DNA of 64,000 nucleotides. Source: Basidiobolus meristosporus CBS 931.73. Taxonomy: Eukaryota; Fungi; Basidiobolomycota. Position 1 is the first letter of the stretch. Every line of letters begins with the position of its first letter. Shown piece after piece: positions 49,699 to 60,995 of the stretch. Location: positions 1-64,000 of the forward strand of contig MCFE01000285.1 of assembly GCA_002104905.1 (NCBI GenBank), read 5' to 3'. Position numbers and translations under genes: made by a program. Below the pieces are notes generated by a model that had not been told where the DNA came from, ran no database searches, and saw only the letters and a list, made by a program, of their open reading frames with translations.

Positions 49699-50731
49699 CC
49701 CTATGAAAGATAATTTGGTCTCATGGGTGGATCCAATCTGGATTAGCCATCAGGATCCTGTTTAGAGACCATAATAATACCAGCAGCTTAGAATTAGTGA
49801 CCCTCTTAACAATCTGATGAAGGGATCACAATGGTGTCTTGCTAATCTTACAACAAAATAAAGAGATAAAACTTGATAAGATTTTATTGATGCTTTGACA
49901 ATAATTGTATGGTATTGTTGCGATCTTTTAGTGCTCTACAACTATTTTAAGTGGATCCAACCAGCCAGGACATTGAAATGCCATATATGGCAAGAAACTT
50001 GATGGCTTTTTGATGGACTCACAGCAAGACTCTGATGGTATCACATTGGCAGTATGACAGCCTACAGCTGGTTCTGTACAATGCTACTATACCAATTTAC
50101 CAAATGGTATTTCCTTTTTCTACCTCCCCTTGTAAAGTTCAAATATTCCACTGTGGAATCACCCCACTTTATTTGCTCACCCACTACTACCTTGGGTATT
50201 CCACCTAAAGTCTGAATAAGAAAAACCATGGCCTCCTGCTTAATAACCTCTACAAACACACACACCTGACTCCAGCAAAGTAGATGAGTTTGCTGAAAAA
50301 GGCAATTTGTCTACCACAGCCTCTGCATCCTCCATTGTTGACAGAGTTGAGATTCCACTCACAGACATGGCTACAATGTCAAGAGCTCAAAAGAATATCA
50401 CAATGCCCTCAGTAGAACTTTGGAACATTAATAGGCACACCAAGAGGCTGCAGCACTTTGCTAAGAGCAGTGCTCACAAAAATGCACTGTGATATTGCAA
50501 GGATTTATTGCAAAGACTGGCAGATGAAGTGCCAGACCTTGCAGTGATGGCTGAAGACCAGGACATGTGGGAACCAGTGAATGAGCAGTGGCATAAAGCT
50601 GTTGGGTTCCTGCCAAAGTCATGGAACCAGAGAGTTACAGCAGAAATACTTATTGAGTGGTGGATATTAGTGGAGTTACTTGTTGAGTGTGGGGTTGGGC
50701 TTAAAGTTAGTGTAGGGTATAGGGACTTGTA
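49699..50731. mobile_element. Family E deletion derivative (terminus CCCTATGAAAGATAATTTGG, transposase C-terminus on minus, ORF2 C-terminus on plus)
   Basis: 49699-50260 matches ~37931-38500; 50270-50731 is the reverse complement of 51115-51568. Confidence 0.7.
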
Positions 50732-53620
50732 CCCTATGAGAAATTATTGATATGATCCCATCAAAAGGCCGTCACAAAGCTAAGGTCTTGTGACTAAGAG
50801 GTATTGATCTTGTCAGGACATTGTGCAGAGACTGTTGAAAAATAACTGCACCCCAGATTTCACAAAAAACTTAGCCAAAATATTTCATCACCACAATGAA
50901 TAAGTGGCTTTTGATTGGTTCCCTGCCAATTTGCTCACTCTCTGATCCCAGACACTCCATCACCACCTACATTTGTGTCCATTGATAGGCTATTGCCGCT
51001 TTTTCACACTCCTTACTACCTGACTCAACTGTTTCTCTTACTTTTCATGCATACAAATTGATTAATTTCCATTGAAACTTCAGTTGTACCTCAATTGCCA
51101 TTTGTATTGACCTATGCAAGTCTCTATACCCTACACTAACATTAAGCCCAACCCCACACTCAACAAGTAACTCCATTAAAATCCACCACTCAATAAGTAT
51201 TTCTGCTGTTTTGCTCTGGTTCCACAACTATGGCAGGAACCCAATGGCTTTATGCCACTGTTCATTCACTGGTTCCCAAACATCCTGGTCTTCAGCTGGT
51301 GCTCCAAGGTCTAGCTCCTCATCTGCCAGTCTTTGCAATGAATCCTTGCAATATTCAAGTGGGTTTTCTTGAGCACTACTCTTGAAGAAGTGCTGCAACA
51401 TCTTGGTGTGCCTATTAATGTTCCAAAACTCCACTGAAGGCATAGTGATAGTCTTTCAAGCTTTTGACATTGTAGCCTTGTCTGTCAGTGGGATCTCCAC
51501 TCTGTCAGCAATGGAGGCTGTGGTAGACAAGTTGCCTTTTTCAGCAAACTCATCTACCTTGCTGGAGTGTAGCTCAACTGGCTGCGCTTCCAGTCCTTGT
51601 GAAAACAGCTGTTTTCTTGTTGGTAATTCTTCTTAGCTATGATGGGATTCAGTTTGTTCCTGGCTTGTGGCATTAATTGGCAAGAACTGCAGTTTTCTTT
51701 GCATGCCTCCCTGTCCCAGGCTTGGGTAGACATTTTTCCCTTTAACTTTTCCTTTATCACTGCCAGGGCTTTCACTGCTACTTGGTCTGAGTGCTTCTTG
51801 TAAAGTACTAAGTTTTCTCCTGGATAAGTTCAGCTCTGACACATCTGTTTTGGTCTGCTTGTCACTTGCTGGCTGTCTTCTGGCAACCTGATGTTTCTTT
51901 TCCACTTGTTTTGAGCTCTCAGCCATAGTAGTGATGGGCTCCTGTATAAGTGGCTGTTTTTTGTCACTGCCAGGTCCTTCACTGCTACTTTGACTGGATA
52001 CTTCTTGAGTGGTACTATGCTTTTTCCTTGAAAAATTTTTTGCTGGTGCATCTGTGTCTGCCTGCTTGTCCCTAATTGGCACTCTTCTAGCTACCTGGTG
52101 TCTCTTTGATGCTTGTCTGGAGCTTTGGCCCTGCTTGTGACAGGCTCTTGAGGAGGCTGCTGGTTTTTAGCCATGGCACCCTTGTTCTTCTGCCTATGAT
52201 AGTTTCTGCTATTCTTAAGATACCTTCTTGGCATACCAACACTGGCCTAAATCATTTTGCCCATTTGAATCCAGGATAGTGCTCATGGAACAAGTCAAGT
52301 GTATTTTGCTTGGCCTTGAGTTCCTGATGGTCCCATGTTATGTTGGCCTTAAGGTGATGGCATGCTAGACTTCTGATGGCCTCTTGTATATTAGCCCACT
52401 CTTCATTATTGAACTCAATGGCTTCATGTATCTTCAATGTCTTTTGATTTTTGGGCTTTGGTATATACACTTCATTGTCTCCCTCTGACGCTGTGATAGG
52501 TTTTTCTGTGGGCTTTATCTTTGGGCACTGTTATTGTGCTTCAAAGACTGTGCCGTGTTCCTCTGCTGTTACATGTGGAAATGGCTCAGTTCTTTATGTG
52601 ACATTGAGCTACTTGAGTTCCTTCTTTGCGGCAAGGATACTGCTTTTCTACCTGGGATAATGATTGATCTACATGTATTATCCACTCATCCTGTTTCTGG
52701 ACTATTTCCTGTTTTCACTGGGCCATTGCATCTATCCTATCAGCCACTGCACCTAATTGCTTCATTAATGCTTTGGTATGAGCTGACAACATACTTGCTA
52801 ATATGGGTGGTGATGATGTTATCATGGCCACTTGCTGATCTTCAACTGAGGGTACTGCATTTGCTACATTTTCATCTGCCTGAGCATAAAGGTCGGCTTG
52901 TGGCTCCGCAGAGGTTCTCAATTGCCCACTTGACTGAGAGCCTGAGGAGTCCGTATTATTACCTTCAATGGGCACACTGTCCACAGGGCTTTTTTTGGAT
53001 GTAGCCCCACTTGTTGCACTGAATGTCAAAGCAAGCTGTTGTCCAACTGTTCTTCTGTTGCTGTCAGTGGAGGGGTTTAGTTGAGAACCAGACAACTTTG
53101 CTTTATTTTTTGGCAGCATATATATGGAAGTGAGTCATACCAAAGGGGAAATTGTGTTACATATATGTGTGTATGTGGTGCCACAACTTAATTTATAATG
53201 CTTGCTATGGCAGGTCATCATTGAATCTCACATTCATGTAGGTGCAATTACTCAAATACAAGACTGTCTTAAGCTCACATGAGTATTGATCAAGAAGTGA
53301 TATAATAGCATTATATTGTTGAAGGTCAAACTGTTTGCCCCATCAACAACACTACTTTGACTCAATGTCATAAGAGAAGAGAAAAAAGACCATGTGGCTA
53401 TTTTGGCAAGCCTCTCAGCCATGAAGCATTTAGACAGCATAGGAAGTATTGCAAGGATCATGGCCAGTGTTTTGCCACCCAAGTCATATTTGACCATTCA
53501 TTGGTCAATACTGTACCAACATTATCTTGCCAACCAGTTGATACTTCTATATTGGCACCAGCCTGGCTTTGTCACCTTGCGCTAACTGAGTCAGGTGAGT
53601 TTGTGATGCCTTTAGTTCCC
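50732..53620. mobile_element. Family E copy 3 (terminus CCCTATGAGAAATTATTGA, most complete ORF2 on minus, transposase start on plus)
   Basis: Second CCCTATGA terminus at 50732; ORF2 fragments 53119 to ~51050; transposase start 53357-53620. Confidence 0.75.
51045..53119 (-). pseudogene. Family E accessory ORF2, unknown function, broken by stops and frameshifts
   Basis: Fragments 52715-53119, 52252-52470, 51633-52082, 51228-51443 and 51045-51227. The 51633 stop is a single TAA in frame with the downstream segment. Homologous pieces in copies 1, 2 and the 49699 derivative. Confidence 0.6.
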
Positions 53621-53624
53621 AAAG

Positions 53625-53790
53625 GAGTACTGCTGACTAGAGTATTTACTATAAGCCAGATAGAGCAAATCCAGGTCTATTAGCTCCATATGTGAAGGAT
53701 CTGATTATAGCCACCAATGACCAAGAAACATTGGAAGATACTCAATCTTGCCTATAAAAAGAGTTCTGTTGCATCTCAGAGAAAGGTGTA
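53625..53790 (+). pseudogene. Copia A RT fragment
   Basis: Reads AD.SIYYKPDRANPGLLAPYVKDLIIATND. Confidence 0.7.
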
Positions 53791-54036
53791 AAAAAACTCT
53801 CAAGTGGTTTAACTGAGCCAATGGGACAATTAAGTGTAGAATCTTAGAGTTTTCACAGAGTGGTAGAAAAATTAGCGGAGAGAACTTGGTATAATATTGA
53901 TGTTGTATATAGCTGGGTTTGGCTATAAAGGCAACAGAGCTGGTTTACTATGCAGGCTAGGCTTGGTACTCTTGGAAGTGCTATATATGCTAGGCTTAGT
54001 TAGAAGCTAGCATGCTATGACTTTCATACTAGAACT

Positions 54037-57000
54037 TGTTGTAAGAGTCTTGAAGATATTGGAGGTGATCAGGAGAACAAGTAGATTATGTGGTTTTCAC
54101 TTGATGATTTATTGAATGCAAAAGTAGTATTTATACTTTTACATGGTCTTGACATTACAAGCATATAGAATAGGCTAAGGGAGGTCCCAAGAGCATGTGT
54201 GCAAAGTTTGGGGCTGCTTGGATAACTTTAAGAATTCTCATGTTCTGGGTACCTGGTATTTTAGTGAAAATATTCCAAGTAAACCCCAACAAGGAATCTG
54301 GTCAGTATTCTCTAGGATTTGAAGGTAATGATCCAAGTGACTGAGTTTGGTGAATACTTATATTATGACTAGCCCTGATTTTGACCTAAGATATTCAAAC
54401 TTGACTCTGGCTAATGATCCAGTGGATATGTCTGCAATCATTTCATCTGAAGGATAGTAAACTAGGCTAACTAAGTTTCTCTCTATAGCTTCACATATGA
54501 AATGATGTCTCATATTTATGTGCTTAGTTCTAGCATGAAAAGTTGGATTTCTACCTAATTGTATACATTGTTAATTATCTTCAAATAAAGTAATAGGCAT
54601 TTTCTGACATCGGCATATATCTGTAAAAAGCTTTCTTAACCACATTGCTTCTTTTGTAGCTTCACAGGCTGTCATGTACTCTGCCTCTGTGATAGAAAGT
54701 GCTATGGTTAGTTGTTTTCTTGAATTCCATGAAATTGCTCCTTCAGGGTAAAGAACAGTGTATCCTGTGGTGGATCTTCTGTCTTACAAATTTTGTCCCC
54801 AATTAGCATCAGACTATCCCAAAATACCCTGCTCTGAGCTCTTATAGGTGTATCTTAAGCAAATATCTGCAGTTTCTTTTAGGTATTTAAAAATCCGTTT
54901 AAATGCTGCAATATTCTCAGATCTGTAGTTCCAATTATGTTGGCTGACAACTCCCACTGAATATGCAATATCTGGGCATGTTCCAAGCATGATATTCATC
55001 AGATTGCTGATCATAGATTGATAAGGAAAGTCAAGGCTTTCAGATGGCACCAAGCTCTCTTGATTTGGTTGAGCTTTGACCAAGTAAAGGTTTGTCTCCA
55101 TTGGGGTAGCTGCCGGTTTACAGTCTTCCATTTTATACTTCTTTAGTATATCTTGAATATACTTGCATTGGCTTAGGGTGATAGTCTGGGTACTTCTGTC
55201 TATGGAGAACTTAATCCCTAAGTAGTAACTAAGTTCTCCTAGATTGGACATCTTGAACTCCTTAGATAGGCTGGATTTAGTCTCTTCCAATGTTTCTAGG
55301 TTATTAGTGGCTATAATAAGATCATCCACATATAGAGCTAACAGAACTGGATTTGTTCTATCTGGCTTATAGTATATACTATAGTCAGCATTACTCCTTT
55401 TGAAACTTAAAGATTCCAAATAAGAATCTATCTTGCAATTCCAGGCTCTTGGTCAATATTTGAGACCATATAGTGACTTTTTAAGCTTGCAGTCCAAATG
55501 AGGGCTATGTTGGTCAACAAACCCATCAGGCTGGTCAATATACATGTCCTCATCAAGTTCTCCATTCAAAAATGCAGTTTTTACATCCATTTGATGAATA
55601 AAAAACTTATATTTGGCTGCAATAGCCAATTTTAATCTGATGGAATTAAACTTGGCTACTGGTGCAAAGGTCTCAGTATAGTCAAGTCCTTTTGTTTGAG
55701 AGTGTCCTTTGGGTACAAGTCTTGCTTTGTATCTTTCAATTGTACTATCAGCCTTGTATCTTGTCTTGAAGACCCATCTGCATCCAATTGATTTTTGGTT
55801 GATTGGTAATTTGATTAAGTCCCAAGTTAGATATTCCATCAGGGCCTGATATTCCTCAGCCATTGCAGATCTCCAAAGCTTTGTCTGAGGGCTATTTGGG
55901 GCCTCTTTTACAGTCTGGGGCTCATCAATAAGGACTGAATAGGCTTAAGCTAAGTTTGTACCCTCATTGATATAGTAATTTGGCTATTTCTTGTCCAATT
56001 GGATCTCCAGGCATTTGATACTGGAATGCTCACTTCTGGGATATTCCTGGGCACTGATCCTGGCTGAACCATGGTTGTAGAGTCCTCTGGAGTGAAAAAA
56101 TTTTCATTGTTTTGCTCTGATTCAATCCTGCCAATTGGTAAATTTGAGATCAGATTTTGTCATCATCGGATGTCATTTTTTTGGGAAAATTTTTAATTTT
56201 CATCAAAAAGCACATCCCTGGACATGATAAGCTTCTTTGCTTTGGTATTATGGAGTCTGTATGCTTTACTTTCATTGCAGTAGCCCAAGAATATGCATTC
56301 TACACTTTTTGGCTCAAATTTTGACTAATTTCTGGGCAGTTTCTTAGCATATGCTGTACACCCAAATATTCTTAGATGTTCTGCACTTGGTCTGTATCTA
56401 TACCATACTTCAAATGGAGTAGAATCACAAAGTACTCTGTTATAACTCCAATTCTTAAGATATGCAGCAGTGGCAACTGATTCCGCCCAAAAATTGTAGG
56501 ATAATTTTTGATCATGGATCATAGATCTTGCCATATCAATTATTGATCTGTTGGCACATTTTGCTACTCCATTTTGCTGTGGGGAGTATTGTACAGTAGT
56601 CTCTTGCTTTATCCCATGAATTTTGCCAAAGTGGATGAAGAGTTTTGAGGTATATTCTCCACCATTGTCAGAGCATATTTGCTTGATTTTTTCACCAGTT
56701 CCTCTCTCCACCATGGCTTTAAACTCCCTGAGCTTAGACAGAGCTTCTGCCTTTCTCTCCATGAAGTAGACCCATGTGTATCTTGTATAATCATCAATAA
56801 AAGTGATTAAATACTTCAACCCGCCTAAGGATAAATTTTGCATAGGTTCACACATATTTGAGTGAATTAGATCTAATTTTTTCTTAGTTTTGATTAACCC
56901 AGAGCTCTTGAACGGTTGTCTGGCTTGTTTCCCATATACGCAGGCTTCACAGTGCTCCAAATTAGCTGGGGGATCAATTTTTACTCCAGATATTAGCTGA

Positions 57001-58676
57001 TCTTTGATCATTTTGGGCAAATAATCAAAATTGATGTGCACAAATCTCCTGTGCCAAAGCATTGGTGTTTCTTCATTTAAGTTACTTATATTGGTTTCCA
57101 AATATGATGGAATAAAAGTCAACTTGTATAGATTCTGATTTCTGATACCCAAAGCAATATGGGCACCATTTTGATCAGTGATCTTGCATTCAGAATTGTC
57201 AAAGCTGAAACTGAGTCCTTCTGCAGTGACCTTGCTTACAGATAGTAGGTTCTTGGCTATTTCTGGTACATGGAGTACTTCTTTAAAGGTCAGTGTATGG
57301 CCCCCTTCACTGCTTCTAAGGTTTACTTGGATAGCTCCTTCTCCCACTGAATCAAGTGCTCTATTGTCACCCATGAAAACCTTCTTAATTGGAATCTCCT
57401 TATATGGGGTAAATAGTTCTTTTTGGTGTGTAAAGTGTTGAGATGCTCCAGAGCCAATGTACCACATCTGAGAATCCTTGTTTGTGGTCATATTTAGTGC
57501 AGATATGAATAGTCTATCTTCAGTTGTTGCATTATTTCCATATTCAGGCTTCTTCTGCTGATTATCTCTCTTTTTGAGACACTGGTCTGATGTGTGCCCT
57601 TTCCTTTGGCAGTAATTACAAAACAGGCTGCTATTGCCTTTGTAAGGTCTTGGATACTTCCTTTCTTGGCTATTGTTGCTTATTAAGGCATTTTCTTATT
57701 CCTTCTTGTTGGTGCTTGATTTTCTTAATTCTTCATCCAGGAGCCTTCCATATACATAATTTAAGGTCAAATCTTCAGTTCTGGACTCTAGGGCTGACAC
57801 AAGGCCCTGAAACTCATCTGTCAGGCTATTCAGGATGGTAACTATCACATCCTCATCAGTAGTTGGTATGCCTAAAGATTCCATCTCATGTACCAGCAGG
57901 GTAATTCTGTTAATTAGATTTTTCATTTCCTCTCCTGGCTACATCTTTGTAGTAAAGAATTTTTGTCTCAGATACATTTTCTTAGCAGCTGAACATGACT
58001 GGTAGGTGTCTTCTAATGCCTTCCAAGAATTCTTTGCTGTTTTTGCTCTTGAGCATTGCATTAGCAATTTGTCTTTAACATTGATGCAAATGCAGTTAAA
58101 GGCACTTTGTTCTTTCTTCTGGTATTTTAAGGCTTCCTCTCCCACATTTTTAGGAGGGCATTCTTCTCCCATGACAATATCCCAAAGGCCTCTTTCTTGT
58201 GGCAGCATCTTCATCTTCACCTTTCACACCTGGTAGTTAGATCCATCCAACTTTTCAGCGGAGGGAAAAAATCCAGTAATAGCAGTATTCAACATTGCTG
58301 AGAGTGTCAGATTGGGGGTCATAACCTGTTGTAAGAGTCTTGGAGATATTGGAAGTGATTTGGGAGAACAAGTAGATTATGTGGTTTTCACTTAATGATT
58401 TATTGAATGTAAAAGTAGTATTTATACTTTTACATGGTCTTGGCATTACAAACATGTAGAATAGACTAAGGGAGGTCCCAAGAACATGTGTGCAAAGTGT
58501 GGGGCTGTTTGGGCAACTTTGAGAATTTTCATGTTCTGGGCACCTGGTATTTTGGTGAAAGTATTCCAAGTAAACCCCAACAAGGAATCTGGTCAGTATT
58601 CTCTAGGATTTGAAGGTAATGTTCTAAGTGACTAAGTTAGGTGAATATTTAGGTGGAATTACAAACTTTCACAACA
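54037..58676 (-). mobile_element. Ty1/Copia family A copy A2, 5-bp TSD GAACT
   Basis: 5' LTR 58327-58676; PBS 58315-58326; 3' LTR 54037 to ~54359 (inner end and PPT deleted); GAACT at 54032-54036 and 58677-58681; PR-integrase ORF 56325-57491 (388 aa); RT ORFs 55453-55863 and 54814-55419. Confidence 0.95.
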
Positions 58677-60346
58677 GAACTAAGCACATAGATATCAAAT
58701 ACCATTTTATACATGAAGCTATAGAGAATAGCTTAGTTAACTAAGCTTACAGTCCTACATATGAAGCAATTGCAGACATATTTACCAAACCAATTGCTAG
58801 AGACAAATTTGAATATTTCAGGTCAAGTTGGATTCACTTAGAATACTTTCACCAAAATATCTGGTACTCAGAACATGAAAATTCTGAGTTGGCCAAACAT
58901 CCCCAAACCTTGCTCACATGTTCTTGGGACCTTCCCAACCCTATCTTACTTATTTGTTTAGCCAAGACCATCTAAAAGTATGTAAACTACTTTACATTTA
59001 ATGAGTGGTTGAGTGAATACCACATAATTTACTTGCTCACCAAATCACTTCCAATGTTTCTAGGACTCTTACAACATATCTAAGGAGTTCAAAATGTCCA
59101 ACATAGGAGAGCTCAGCTAATATATGGCTATACCATTCTCCATATACAGAAGCACCCATATCATCACCCTGGGCCAGTCCACTATATTAAAGATATACTT
59201 AGAAAGAACCAAATGAAAGACTGTAAACTGGCAGCTAACCTGATGGAGACAAACCTTAACTTGGTCCAAACTCAACTAAATCAAGAAAGCTTGATGCTGC
59301 CTGAAAGCCCAGACTACTGTTACCAGCCTGTGATTGGCAGTCTGGTGTATACCATGCATGGAGCATGTCCAGATATCACATATTCAGTGGGAGTTATTGG
59401 TCAGCGTAATCAGAATTTTGGCTCTGGCCATATTGCAGCAGTTAAGCAAATTTTCAGATACTTGAAAGAAACTGCAGATATCTGCTTAAAGTATATCTAT
59501 AACAACTCACCGCAGGATTTTGTGGGATACTCTGGTGCTGATTGGGGACAAAATTTTAAAGATACAAGACCCACCCAAGGAAATACCTTTCTGCACTGTA
59601 AAGGAGCAATTTGATGGAACTGAAGTAAGCAACCAACTGTAGCACTTTCCACTACAGAGGCAGAGTATATGGCAGCCTGTGAGGTTCCAAAAGAAGCAAT
59701 GTGGCAAAGAATACTGCTTAAACACTTAGGCTTATGTCAAAAAGCCCCTGCTACATTATATCAAGATAATCAAGGATGTACTCAATTTGATAGAAATCCA
59801 ACTTTTCATGCTAGCACCAAGTATATAGATATTAGACATCATCTCATATGTGAAGCTATAAAGTATAGCTTAGTTAACTTAGTATACTGTCCTATAGATG
59901 ATATGATTACAGACATATTTACCAAACCATTAGCTAGAGGCATATTTGAATATTTTAGATCACAATGAGGACTAGTCACTGACTATTTAGTTGAGTGGGA
60001 GTTTAGTAAGATTTGTAGTTACACCTACATATTCACCTAGCTTAGTCACTTATATCATTGCCTGCAAGTCTTTGAGAACTCTGGCCAAATTACTTGTTAA
60101 GCTATACTTTGAATATTTTCACCAAAACATCAGGTATCTGGAACATGAAAAATTCTCAGAGTTGTCTGTACAGCTGCTGACTTTGCCCACATTTCTGACC
60201 TTCCTAAGCATTTTCCACATGTTTGTTTTGCCAAGACCATGCAAAAGTACAAATACCACTTTTGCACTCAATATATCATGGAATGAAACCAACATAATCT
60301 ACTAGTTCTCCCAATCACTTCCAATATCACCAAGACCCTTACAACA
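58677..60346 (+). mobile_element. Older Copia A remnants (RNase H tail, partial LTR, RT/RH fragment, 3' LTR 60002-60346)
   Basis: RTKHIDIK after the A2 TSD; ORFs 59213-59614 and 59669-59968; PPT GAGTGGGAG before the LTR. Confidence 0.85.
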
Positions 60347-60995
60347 GAAAACATATAATATGCATATTGTCCTGATTACTTCCAATACCTCCAAAGCTCT
60401 TGCAACACTATGTTGCCAGAAATCTAGATTATCTGGTAACATCCCTATGACACTCATAGGACTGGGCATCTTTGATACAGTATATGCCAATAGTTGCCAA
60501 GAACCAGACACAGTAATCCATCCATTGAAAATGCCTGCTGACTGCTGTAGCTGTGGGTAGAGTAGATGTGTATTACTTATGGTATCCAGATATGGGAGCC
60601 TAGACCAAGAGAAGCAACCCAACGGAACACAGGATGCAATTGATTTGCTCCAGTATCTCATCATAGCAATCAAACCAACAGTTGATGATTCAATTTAATG
60701 GCAGTTGTTGGGGAATACTTCGGAAAGGGCTGGAGCGTAGGGCCCCAGGATTGGAGCTGTTGTGGGAATTCCAAGAATCCAGGAGGTTAAGTCAAATATG
60801 GGCATGTAGGATCCCGATCATATACTCGAACCCACCGAATCTGGGGAGTGGGATCTCAGGTGAGTTTAAATTGATTTATTTTCGGGGAATATGTTCATAG
60901 TGTATTGAATTCAAAACCGATCCATCCCTCCACAAAAATTTCTTCTCTCCGATTGCTCCTCTATGGTTCTTTTTCGTTCGTTGACGGGATGCGAG

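Noticed and set aside
50270-51568. 460-bp inverted repeat as a foldback element or captured host gene
   Set aside because: Explained as the ORF2 C-terminus of two oppositely oriented E copies; a CCCTATGA terminus marks the junction at 50732.
60347-60700. ORF 60302-60673 (-) and a plus-strand ORF-like tail ending at ~60700
   Set aside because: Overlaps an LTR end and a second LTR-end-like fragment (~60378-60408); no motif or splice support.
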